Under the pieces are notes generated by a model. It was not told the DNA's origin. It did no database searches and worked only from the letters and a program-made list of their open reading frames with translations. A DNA stretch of 64,000 nucleotides from Balanoglossus misakiensis (lineage: Eukaryota > Animalia > Hemichordata). The position numbers and the translations under genes are program-made. How positions within the stretch are numbered: position 1 is the first letter of the stretch; every line of letters starts with the position of its first letter. Positions 23,865 to 35,800 of this stretch are shown piece by piece. The DNA lies in NCBI GenBank assembly GCA_040954595.2, contig CM082587.2:1-64000 (forward strand), read 5' to 3'.

Positions 23865-26800
23865 GGGCAAAGTTGCTTGCGACTTCCGGTCGTAACGGCG
23901 CGGTGAATCCGGGCCAGGTTGCCGGCGACTTCCGGTGGTAACGGCGCGGTGAATCTGGGCCAAGTTGACGGAGACTTCCTGTGAATCCGGGCCAAGTTGC
24001 CAGTGACTTCCGGTGGTAACGGCGCGGTGAATCTGGGCCAAGTTGCCGGCGACTTCCTGTCGTAACGGCGCGGTGAATCTGGGCCAAGTTGATGGCGACT
24101 TCCTGTGAATCTGGGCCAAGTTGCCGGCGACTTCCTGTCGTAACGGCGCGGTGAATCTGGGCAAAGTTGCCGGCGACTTCCGGTCGTAACGGCGCGGTGA
24201 ATCCGGGCCAAGTTGCCGGCGACTTCCGGTGGTAGCGGCGCGGTGAATCTGGGCCAAGTTGCCGTTGATTTCCTGTGGTAACGGCGCGGTGAATCTGGGC
24301 CAAGTTGATGGCGACTTCCTGTGAATCCGGGCCAAGTTGCCGGCGACTTCCGGTGGTAATGGCGCGGTGAAACTGAGCCAAGTTGCCGGCGACTTCCTGT
24401 CGTAACGGCGCGGTGAATCAGGGCAAAGTTGCCGGCGACTTCCGGTCGTAACGGCGCGGTGAATCCGGGCCAAGTTGATGGCGACTTCCTGTGAATCCGG
24501 GCCAAGTTGCCGGAGACTTCCTGTCGTAACGGCGCGGTGAATCTGGGCAAAGTTGCCGGCGACTTCCGGTCGTAACGGCGCGGTGAATCTGGGCCAAGTT
24601 TCCGTTGATTTCCTTTGGTAACGGCGCGGTGAATCTGGGCCAAATTGATGGCGACTTCCTGTGAATCCGGGCCAAGTTGCCGGCGACTTCCGGTGGTAAT
24701 GGCGCGGTGAAACTGAGCCCAGTTGCCGGCGACTTCCTGTCGTAACGGCGCGGTGAATCTGGGCAAAGTTGCCGGCGACTTCCGGTCGTAACGGCGCGGT
24801 GAATCCGGGCCAAGTTGATGGCGACTTCCTGTGAATCCGGGCCAAGTTGCCGGCGACTTCCTGTCGTAACGGCGCGGTGAATCTGGGCAAAGTTGCCGGC
24901 GACTTCCGGTCGTAACGGCGCGGTGAATCCGGGCCAAGTTGCCGGAGACTTCCTGTGAATCCGGGCCAAGTTGCCAGCGACTTCCGGTGGTAACGGCGCG
25001 GTGAAACTGGGCCAAGTTGCCGGCGACTTCCTGTCGTAACGGCGCGGTGAATCTGGGCAAAGTTGCCGGCGACTTCCGGTCGTAACGGCGCGGTGAATCC
25101 GGGCCAAGTTGCCGGCGACTTCCGGTGGTAACGGCGCGGTGAATCTGGGCCAAGTTGCCGTTGATTTCCTGTGGTAACGGCGCGGTGAATCTGGACCAAG
25201 TTGATGGCGACTTCCTGTGAATCCGGGCCAAGTTGCCGGCGACTTCCGGTGGTAATGGCGTGGTGAAACTGAGCCAAGTTGCCGGCGACTTCCTGTCGTA
25301 ACGGCGCGGTGAATCTGGGCAAAGTTGCCGGCGACTTCCGGTCGTAACGGCGCGGTGAATCCGGGCCAAGTTGATGGCGACTTCCTGTGAATCCGGGCCA
25401 AGTTGCCGGCGACTTCCTGTCGTAACGGCGCGGTGAATCTGGGCAAAGTTGCCGGCGACTTCCGGTCGTAACGGCGCGGTGAATCCGGGCCAAGTTGCCG
25501 GAGACTTCCTGTGAATCCGGGCCAAGTTGCCAGCGACTTCCGGTGGTAACGGCGCGGTGAAACTGGGCCAAGTTGCCGGCGACTTCCTGTCGTAACGGCG
25601 CGGTGAATCTGGGCAAAGTTGCCGGCGACTTCCGGTCGTAACGGCGCGGTGAATCCGGGCCAAGTTGCCGGCGACTTCCGGTGGTAACGGCGCGGTGAAT
25701 CTGGGCCAAGTTGCCGTTGATTTCCTGTGGTAACGGCGCGGTGAATCTGGACCAAGTTGATGGCGACTTCCTGTGAATCCGGGCCAAGTTGCCGGCGACT
25801 TCCGGTGGTAATGGCGTGGTGAAACTGAGCCAAGTTGCCGGCGACTTCCTGTCGTAACGGCGCGGTGAATCTGGGCAAAGTTGCCGGCGACTTCCGGTCG
25901 TAACGGCGCGGTGAATCCGGGCCAAGTTGATGGCGACTTCCTGTGAATCCGGGCCAAGTTGCCGGCGACTTCCTGTCGTAACGGCGCGGTGAATCTGGGC
26001 AAAGTTGCCGGCGACTTCCGGTCGTAACGGCGCGGTGAATCCGGGCCAAGTTGATGGCGACTTCCTGTGAATCCGGGCCAAGTTGCCGGCGACTTCCTGT
26101 CGTAACGGCGCGGTGAATCTGGGCAAAGTTGCCGGCGACTTCCGGTCGTAACGGCGCGGTGAATCGGGGCCAAGTTGCCGGAGACTTCATGTGAATCCGG
26201 GCCAAGTTACCAGCGACTTCCGGTGGTAACGGCGCGGTGAACCATGGCCAAGTTGCCGGCGACTTCCTGTCGTAACGGCGCGGTGAATCTGGGCAAAGTT
26301 GCCGGCGACTTCCGGTGGTAATGGCGCGGTGAAACTGAGCCAAGTTGCCGGCGACTTCCTATCGTAACGGCGCGGTGAATCTGGGCAAAGTTGCCGGCGT
26401 CTTCCGGTCGTAACGGCGCGGTGAATCCGGGCCAAGTTGATGGCGACTTCCTGTGAATCCGGGCCAAGTTGCCGGCGACTTCCTGTCGTAACGGCGCGGT
26501 GAATCTGGGCAAAGTTGCCGGCGACTTCCGGTCGTAACGGCGCGGTGAATCCGGGCCAAGTTGCCGGAGACTTCCTGTGAATCCGGGCCAAGTTACCAGC
26601 GACTTCCGGTGGTAACGGCGCGGTGAACCTGGGCCAAGTTGCCGGCGACTTCCTGTCGTAACGGCGCGGTGAATCTGGGCAAAGTTGCCGGCGACTTCCG
26701 GTCGTAACGGCGCGGTGAATCCGGGCCAAGTTGCCGGCGACTTCCGGTGGTAACGGCGCGGTGAATCTGGGCTAAGTTGCCGTTGATTTCCTGTGGTAAC

Positions 26801-29800
26801 GGCGCGGTGAATCTGGACCAAGTTGATGGCGACTTCCTGTGAATCCGGGCCAAGTTGCCGGCGACTTCCGGTGGTAATGGCGTGGTGAAACTGAGCCAAG
26901 TTGCCGGCGACTTCCTGTGGTAACGGCGCGGTGAATCTGGGCAAAGTTGCCGGCGACTTCCGGTCGTAACGGCGCGGTGAATCCGGGCCAAGTTGATGGC
27001 GACTTCCTGTGAATCCGGGCCAAGTTGCCGGTGACTTCCTGTCGTAACGGCGCGGTGAATCTGGGCAAAGTTGCCGGCGACTTCCGGTCGTAATGGCGCG
27101 GTGAATCCGGGCCAAGTTGATGGCGACTTCCTGTGAATCCGGGCCAAGTTGCCGGCGACTTCCTGTCGTAACGGCGCGGTGAATCTGGGCAAAGTTGCCG
27201 GCGACTTCCGGTCGTAACGGCGCGGTGAATCCGGGCCAAGTTGCCGGAGACTTCCTGTGAATCCGGGCCAAGTTGCCAGCGACTTCCGGTGGTAACGGCG
27301 CGGTGAAACTGGGCCAAGTTGCCGGCGACTTCCTGTCGTAACGGCGCGGTGAATCTGGGCAAAGTTGCTTGCGACTTCCGGTCGTAACGGCGCGGTGAAT
27401 CCGGGCCAGGTTGCCGGCGACTTCCGGTGGTAACGGCGCGGTGAATCTGGGCCAAGTTGCCGGCGACTTCCTGTCGTAACGGCGCGGTGAATCTGGGCCA
27501 AGTTGATGGCGACTTCCTGTGAATCTGGGCCAAGTTGCCGGCGACTTCCTGTCGTAACGGCGCGGTGAATCTGGGCAAAGTTGCCGGCGACTTCCGGTCG
27601 TAACGGCGCGGTGAATCCGGGCCAATTTGCCAAAGACTTCCTGTGAATCCGGGCCAAGTTGCCAGCGACTTCCGGTGGTAACGGCGCGGTGAAACTGGGC
27701 CAAGTTGCCGGCGACTTCCTGTCTTAACGGCGCGGTGAATCTGGGCAAAGTTGCCGGCGACTTCCGGTCGTAACGGCGCGGTGAATCCGGGCCAAGTTGC
27801 CGGCGACTTCCGGTGGTAGCGGCGCGGTGAATCTGGGCCAAGTTGCCGTTGATTTCCTGTGGTAACGGTGCGGTGAATCTGGGCCAAGTTGATGGCGACT
27901 TCCTGTGAATCCGGGCCAAGTTGCCGGCGACTTCCGGTGGTAATGGCGCGGTGAAACTGAGCCAAGTTGCCGGCGACTTCCTGTCGTAACGGCGCGGTGA
28001 ATCTGGGCAAAGTTGCCGGCGACTTCCGGTCGTAACGGCGCGGTGAATCCGGGCCAAGTTGCCGGAGACTTCCTGTCGTAACGGCGCGGTGAATCTGGGC
28101 AAAGTTGCCGGCGACTTCCGGTCGTAACGGCGCGGTGAATCTGGGCCAAGTTGCCGTTGATTTCCTTTGGTAACGGCGCGGTGAATCTGGGCCAACTTGA
28201 TGGCGACTTCCTGTGAATCCGGGCCAAGTTGCCGGCGACTTCCGGTGGTAATGGCGCGGTGAAACTGAGCCCAGTTGCCGGCGACTTCCTGTCGTAACGG
28301 CGCGGTGAATCTGGGCAAAGTTGCCGGCGACTTCCGGTCGTAACAGCGCGGTGAATCCGGGCCAAGTTGATGGCGACTTCCTGTGAATCTGGGCCAAGTT
28401 GCCGGCGACTTCCTGTCGTAACGGCGCGGTGAATCTGGGCAAAGTTGCCGGCGACTTCCGGTCGTAACGGCGCGGTGAATCCGGGCCAAGTTGCCGGAGA
28501 CTTCCTGTGAATCCGGGCCAAGTTGCCAGCGACTTCCGGTGGTAACGGCGCGGTGAAACTGGGCCAAGTTGCCGGCGACTTCCTGTCGTAACGGCGCGGT
28601 GAATCTGGGCAAAGTTGCCGGCGACTTCCGGTCGTAACGGCGCGGTGAATCCGGGCCAAGTTGCCGGCGACTTCCGGTGGTAACGGCGCGGTGAATCTGG
28701 GCCAAGTTGCCGGAGACTTCCTGTGAATCCGGGCCAAGTTGCCAGCGACTTCCGGTGGTAACGGCGCGGTGAATCTGGGCCAAGTTGCCGGCGACTTCCT
28801 GTCGTAACGGCGCGGTGAATCTGGGCCAAGTTGATGGCGACTTCCTGTGAATCTGGGCCAAGTTGCCGGCGACTTCCTGTCGTAACGGCGCGGTGAAACT
28901 GAGCCAAGTTGCCGGCGACTTCCTGTCGTAACGGCGCGGTGAATCTGGGCAAAGTTGCCGGCGACTTCCTGTGAATCCGGGCCAAGTTACCAGCGACTTC
29001 CGGTGGTAACGGCGCGGTGAACCTGGGCCAAGTTGCCGGCGACTTCCTGTCGTAACGGCGCGGTGAATCTGGGCAAAGTTGCCGGCGACTTCCGGTCGTA
29101 ACGGCGCGGTGAATCTGGTCCACGTTGCCGTTGATTTCCTGTGGTAACGGCGCGGTGAAACTGAGCCAAGTTGCCGGCGACTTCCTGTCGTAACGGCGCG
29201 GTGAATCTGGGCAAAGTTGCCGGCGACTTCCGGTCGTAACGGCGCGGTGAATCCGGGCCAAGTTGCCGGCGACTTCCGGTGGTAACGGCGCGGTGAATCT
29301 GGGCCAAGTTGCCGGAGACTTCCTGTGAATCCGGGCCAAGTTGCCAGCGACTTCCGGTGGTAACGGCGCGATGAATCTGGGCCAAGTTGATGGCGACTTC
29401 CTGTGAATCCGGGCCAAGTTGCCGGCGACTTCCGGTGGTAATGGCGCGGTGAAACTGAGCCAAGTTGCCGGCGACTTCCGGTGGTAACGGCGCGGTGAAT
29501 CTGGGCCAAGTTGCCGTTGATTTCCTGTGGTAACGGCGCGGTGAATCTGGGCCAAGTTGATGGCGACTTCCTGTGAATCCGGGCCAAGTTGCCGGCGACT
29601 TCCGGTGGTAATGGCGCGGTGAAACTGAGCCAAGTTGCCGGCGACTTCCTATCGTAACGGCGCGGTGAATCTGGGCAAAGTTGCCGGCGACTTCCGGTCG
29701 TAACGGCGCGGTGAATCTGGGCAAAGTTACCGGCGACTTCCGGTCGTAACGGCGCGGTGAATCCGGGCCAAGTTGACGGAGACTTCCTGTGAATCCGGGC

Positions 29801-32800
29801 CAAGTTGCCAGCGACTTCCGGTGGTAACGGCGCGGTGAATCTGGGCCAAGTTGATGGCGACTTCCTGTGAATCTGGGCCAAGTTGCCGGCGACTTCCTGT
29901 CGTAACGGCGCGGTGAATCTGGGCAAAGTTGCCGGCGACTTCCGGTCGTAACGGCGCGGTGAATCCGGGCCAAGTTGCCGGAGACTTCCTGTGAATCCGG
30001 GCCAAGTTGCCAGCGACTTCCGGTGGTAACGGCGCGGTGAAACTGGGCCAAGTTGCCGGCGACTTCCTGTCGTAACGGCGCGGTGAATCTGGGCAAAGTT
30101 GCCGGCGACTTCCGGTCGTAACGGCGCGGTGAATCCGGGCCAAGTTGCCGGCGACTTCCGGTGGTAACGGCGCGGTGAATCTGGGCCAAGTTGCCGGAGA
30201 CTTCCTGTGAATCCGGGCCAAGTTGCCAGCGACTTCCGGTGGTAACGGCGCGGTGAATCTGGGCCAAGTTGCCGGCGACTTCCTGTCGTAACGGCGCGGT
30301 GAATCTGGGCCAAGTTGATGGCGACTTCCTGTGAATCTGGGCCAAGTTGCCGGCGACTTCCTGTCGTAACGGCGCGGTGAAACTGAGCCAAGTTGCCGGC
30401 GACTTCCTGTCGTAACGGCGCGGTGAATCTGGGCAAAGTTGCCGGCGACTTCCGGTCGTAACGGCGCGGTGAATCCGGGCCAAGTTGATGGCGACTTCCT
30501 GTGAATCCGGGCCAAGTTGCCGGCGACTTCCTGTCGTTACGGCGCGGTGAATCTGGGCAAAGTTGCCGGCGACTTCCGGTGGTAACGGCGCGGTGAATCT
30601 GGGCCAAGTTGCCGGCGACTTCCGGTGGTAATGGCGCGGTGAAACTGAGCCAAGTTGCCGGCGACTTCCTGTCGTAACGGCGCGGTGAATCTGGGCAAAG
30701 TTGCCGGCGACTTCCGGTCGTAACGGCGCGGTGAATCCGGGCCAAGTTGCCGGCGACTTCCGGTGGTAACGGCGCGGTGAATCTGGGCCAAGTTGCCGGA
30801 GACTTCCTGTGAATCCGGGCCAAGTTGCCAGCGACTTCCGGTGGTAACGGCGCGGTGAATCTGGGCCAAGTTGCCGGCGACTTCCGGTGGTAATGGCGCG
30901 GTGAAACTGAGCCAAGTTGCCGGCGACTTCCTGTCGTAATGGCGCGGTGAATCTGGGCAAAGTTGCCGGCGACTTCCGGTCGTAACGGCGCGGTGAATCC
31001 GGGCCAAGTTGCCGGCGACTTCCGGTGGTAACGGCGCGGTGAATCTGGGCCAAGTTGCCGGAGACTTCCTGTGAATCCGGGCCAAGTTGCCAGCGACTTC
31101 CGGTGGTAACGGCGCGGTGAATCTGGGCCAAGTTGCCGGCGACTTCCTGTCGTAACGGCGCGGTGAATCTGGGCCAAGTTGATGGCGACTTCCTGTGAAT
31201 CTGGGCCAAGTTGCCGGCGACTTCCTGTCGTAACGGCGCGGTGAATCTGGGCAAAGTTGCCGGCGACTTCCGGTCGTAACGGCGCGGTGAATCCGGGCCA
31301 AGTTGATGGCGACTTCCTGTTAATCCGGGCCAAGTTGCCGGCGACTTCCTGTCGTAACGGCGCGGTGAATCTGGGCAAAGTTGCCGGCGACTTCCGGTCG
31401 TAACGGCGCGGTGAATCTGGTCCAAGTTGCCGTTGATTTCCTGTGGTAACGGCGCGGTGAATCTGGGCCAAGTTGATGGCGACTTCCTGTGAATCCGGGC
31501 CAAGTTGCCGGCGACTTCCGGTGGTAATGGCGCGGTGAAACTGAGCCAAGTTGCCGGCGACTTCCTGTCGTAACGGCGCGGTGAATCTGGGCAAAGTTGC
31601 CGGCGACTTCCGGTCGTAACGGAGCGGTGAATCCGGGCCAAGTTGATGGCGACTTCCTGTGAATCTGGGCCAAGTTGCCGGCGACTTCCTGTCGTAACGG
31701 CGCGGTGAATCTGGGCAAAGTTGCCGGCGACTTCCGGTCATAACGGCGCGGTGAATCCGGGCCAAGTTGCCGGAGACTTCCTGTGAATCCGGGCCAAGTT
31801 GCCAGCGATTTCCGGTGGTAACGGCGCGGTGAAACTGGGCCAAGTTGCCGGCGACTTCCTGTCGTAACGGCGCGGTGAATCTGGGCAAAGTTGCCGGTGA
31901 CTTCCGGTCGAAACGGCGCGGTGAATCTGGGCCAAGTTGCCGGCGACTTCCGGTGGTAACGGCGCGGTGAATCTGGGCCAAGTTGCCGTTGATTTCCTGT
32001 GGTAACGGCGCGGTGAATCTGGGCCAAGTTGAGGGCGACTTCCTGTGAATCCGGGCCAAGTTGCCGGCGACTTCCGGTGGTAATGGCGCGGTGAAACTGA
32101 GCCAAGTTGCCGGCGACTTCCTATCGTAACGGCGCGGTGAATCTGGGCAAAGTTGCCTGCGACTTCCGGTCGTAACGGCGCGGTGAATCCGGGCCAAGTT
32201 GATGGCGACTTCCTGTGAATCCGGGCCAAGTTGCCGGCGACTTCCTGTCGTAACGGCGTGGTGAATCTGGGCAAAGTTGCCGGCGACTTCCGGTCGTAAC
32301 GGCGCGGTGAATCTGGGCCAAGTTGCCGTTGATTTCCTGTGGTAACGGCGCGGTGAATCTGGGCCAAGTTGATGGCGACTTCCTGTGAATCCGGGCCAAG
32401 TTGCCGGCGACTTCCGGTGGTAATGGCGCGGTGAAACTGAGCCAAGTTGCCGGCGACTTCCTGTCGTAACGGCGCGGTGAATCTGGGCAAAGTTGCCGGC
32501 GACTTCCGGTCGTAACGGCGCGGTGAATCCGGGCCAAGTTGATGGCGACTTCCTGTGAATCCGGGCCAAGTTGCCGGCGACTTCCTGTCGAAACGGCGCG
32601 GTGAATCTGGGCAAAGTTGCCGGCGACTTCCGGTCGTAACGGCGCGGTGAATCCGGGCCAAGTTGCCAGAGACTTCCTGTGAATCCGGGCCAAGTTGCCA
32701 GCGACTTCCGGTGGTAACGGCGCGGTGAACCTGGGCCAAGTTGCCGGCGACTTCCTGTCGTAACGGCGCGGTGAATCTGGGCAAAGTTGCCGGCGACTTC

Positions 32801-35800
32801 CGGTCGTAACGGCGCGGTGAATCCGGGCCAAGTTGCCGGCGACTTCCGGTGGTAACGGCGCGGTGAATCTGGGCTAAGTTGCCGTTGATTTCCTGTGGTA
32901 ACGGCGCGGTGAATCTGGACCAAGTTGATGGCGACTTCCTGTGAATCCGGGCCAAGTTGCCGGCGACTTCCGGTGGTAATGGCGTGGTGAAACTGAGCCA
33001 ACTTGCCGGCGACTTCCTGTCGTAACGGCGCGGTGAATCTGGGCAAAGTTGCCGGCGACTTCCGGTCGTAACGGCGCGGTGAATCCGGGCCAAGTTGATG
33101 GCGACTTCCTGTGAATCCGGGCCAAGTTGCCGGCGACTTCCTGTCGTAACGGCGCGGTGAATCTGGGCAAAGTTGCCGGCGACTTCCGGTGGTAACGGCG
33201 CGGTGAATCCGGGCCAAGTTGCCGGAGACTTCCTGTGAATCCGGGCCAAGTTGCCAGCGACTTCCGGTGGTAACGGCGCGGTGAATCTGGGCCAAGTTGC
33301 CGGCGACTTCCTGTCGTAACGGCGCGGTGAATCTGGGCCAAGTTGATGGCGACTTCCTGTGAATCTGGGCCAAGTTGCCGGCGACTTCCTGTCGTAACGG
33401 CGCGGTGAAACTGAGCCAAGTTGCCGGCGACTTCCTGTCGTAACGGCGCGGTGAATCTGGGCAAAGTTGCCGGCGACTTCCGGTCGTAACGGCGCGGTGA
33501 ATCCGGGCCAAGTTGATGGCGACTTCCTGTTAATCCGGGCCAAGTTGCCGGCGACTTCCTGTCGTAACGGCGCGGTGAATCTGGGCAAAGTTGCCGGCGA
33601 CTTCCGGTCGTAACGGCGCGGTGAATCTGGTCCAAGTTGCCGTTGATTTCCTGTGGTAACGGCGCGGTGAATCTGGGCCAAGTTGATGGCGACTTCCTGT
33701 GAATCCGGGCCAAGTTGCCGGCGACTTCCGGTGGTAATGGCGCGGTGAAACTGAGCCAAGTTGCCGGCGACTTCCTGTCGTAACGGCGCGGTGAATCTGG
33801 GCAAAGTTGCCGGCGACTTCCGGTCGTAACGGAGCGGTGAATCCGGGCCAAGTTGATGGCGACTTCCTGTGAATCTGGGCCAAGTTGCCGGCGACTTCCT
33901 GTCGTAACGGCGCGGTGAATCTGGGCAAAGTTGCCGGCGACTTCCGGTCATAACGGCGCGGTGAATCCGGGCCAAGTTGCCGGAGACTTCCTGTGAATCC
34001 GGGCCAAGTTGCCAGCGATTTCCGGTGGTAACGGCGCGGTGAAACTGGGCCAAGTTGCCGGCGACTTCCTGTCGTAACGGCGCGGTGAATCTGGGCAAAG
34101 TTGCCGGTGACTTCCGGTCGAAACGGCGCGGTGAATCTGGGCCAAGTTGCCGGCGACTTCCGGTGGTAACGGCGCGGTGAATCTGGGCCAAGTTGCCGTT
34201 GATTTCCTGTGGTAACGGCGCGGTGAATCTGGGCCAAGTTGAGGGCGACTTCCTGTGAATCCGGGCCAAGTTGCCGGCGACTTCCGGTGGTAATGGCGCG
34301 GTGAAACTGAGCCAAGTTGCCGGCGACTTCCTATCGTAACGGCGCGGTGAATCTGGGCAAAGTTGCCTGCGACTTCCGGTCGTAACGGCGCGGTGAATCC
34401 GGGCCAAGTTGATGGCGACTTCCTGTGAATCCGGGCCAAGTTGCCGGCGACTTCCTGTCGTAACGGCGTGGTGAATCTGGGCAAAGTTGCCGGCGACTTC
34501 CGGTCGTAACGGCGCGGTGAATCTGGGCCAAGTTGCCGTTGATTTCCTGTGGTAACGGCGCGGTGAATCTGGGCCAAGTTGATGGCGACTTCCTGTGAAT
34601 CCGGGCCAAGTTGCCGGCGACTTCCGGTGGTAATGGCGCGGTGAAACTGAGCCAAGTTGCCGGCGACTTCCTGTCGTAACGGCGCGGTGAATCTGGGCAA
34701 AGTTGCCGGCGACTTCCGGTCGTAACGGCGCGGTGAATCCGGGCCAAGTTGATGGCGACTTCCTGTGAATCCGGGCCAAGTTGCCGGCGACTTCCTGTCG
34801 TAACGGCGCGGTGAATCTGGGCAAAGTTGCCGGCGACTTCCGGTCGTAACGGCGCGGTGAATCCGGGCCAAGTTGCCAGAGACTTCCTGTGAATCCGGGC
34901 CAAGTTGCCAGCGACTTCCGGTGGTAACGGCGCGGTGAACCTGGGCCAAGTTGCCGGCGACTTCCTGTCGTAACGGCGCGGTGAATCTGGGCAAAGTTGC
35001 CGGCGACTTCCGGTCGTAACGGCGCGGTGAATCCGGGCCAAGTTGCCGGCGACTTCCGGTGGTAACGGCGCGGTGAATCTGGGCTAAGTTGCCGTTGATT
35101 TCCTGTGGTAACGGCGCGGTGAATCTGGACCAAGTTGATGGCGACTTCCTGTGAATCCGGGCCAAGTTGCCGGCGACTTCCGGTGGTAATGGCGTGGTGA
35201 AACTGAGCCAACTTGCCGGCGACTTCCTGTCGTAACGGCGCGGTGAATCTGGGCAAAGTTGCCGGCGACTTCCGGTCGTAACGGCGCGGTGAATCCGGGC
35301 CAAGTTGATGGCGACTTCCTGTGAATCCGGGCCAAGTTGCCGGCGACTTCCTGTCGTAACGGCGCGGTGAATCTGGGCAAAGTTGCCGGCGACTTCCGGT
35401 CATAACGGCGCGGTGAATCCGGGCCAAGTTGCCGGAGACTTCCTGTGAATCCGGGCCAAGTTGCCAGCGATTTCCGGTGGTAACGGCGCGGTGAAACTGG
35501 GCCAAGTTGCCGGCGACTTCCTGTCGTAACGGCGCGGTGAATCTGGGCAAAGTTGCCGGTGACTTCCGGTCGAAACGGCGCGGTGAATCTGGGCCAAGTT
35601 GCCGGCGACTTCCGGTGGTAACGGCGCGGTGAATCTGGGCCAAGTTGCCGTTGATTTCCTGTGGTAACGGCGCGGTGAATCTGGGCCAAGTTGAGGGCGA
35701 CTTCCTGTGAATCCGGGCCAAGTTGCCGGCGACTTCCGGTGGTAATGGCGCGGTGAAACTGAGCCAAGTTGCCGGCGACTTCCTATCGTAACGGCGCGGT

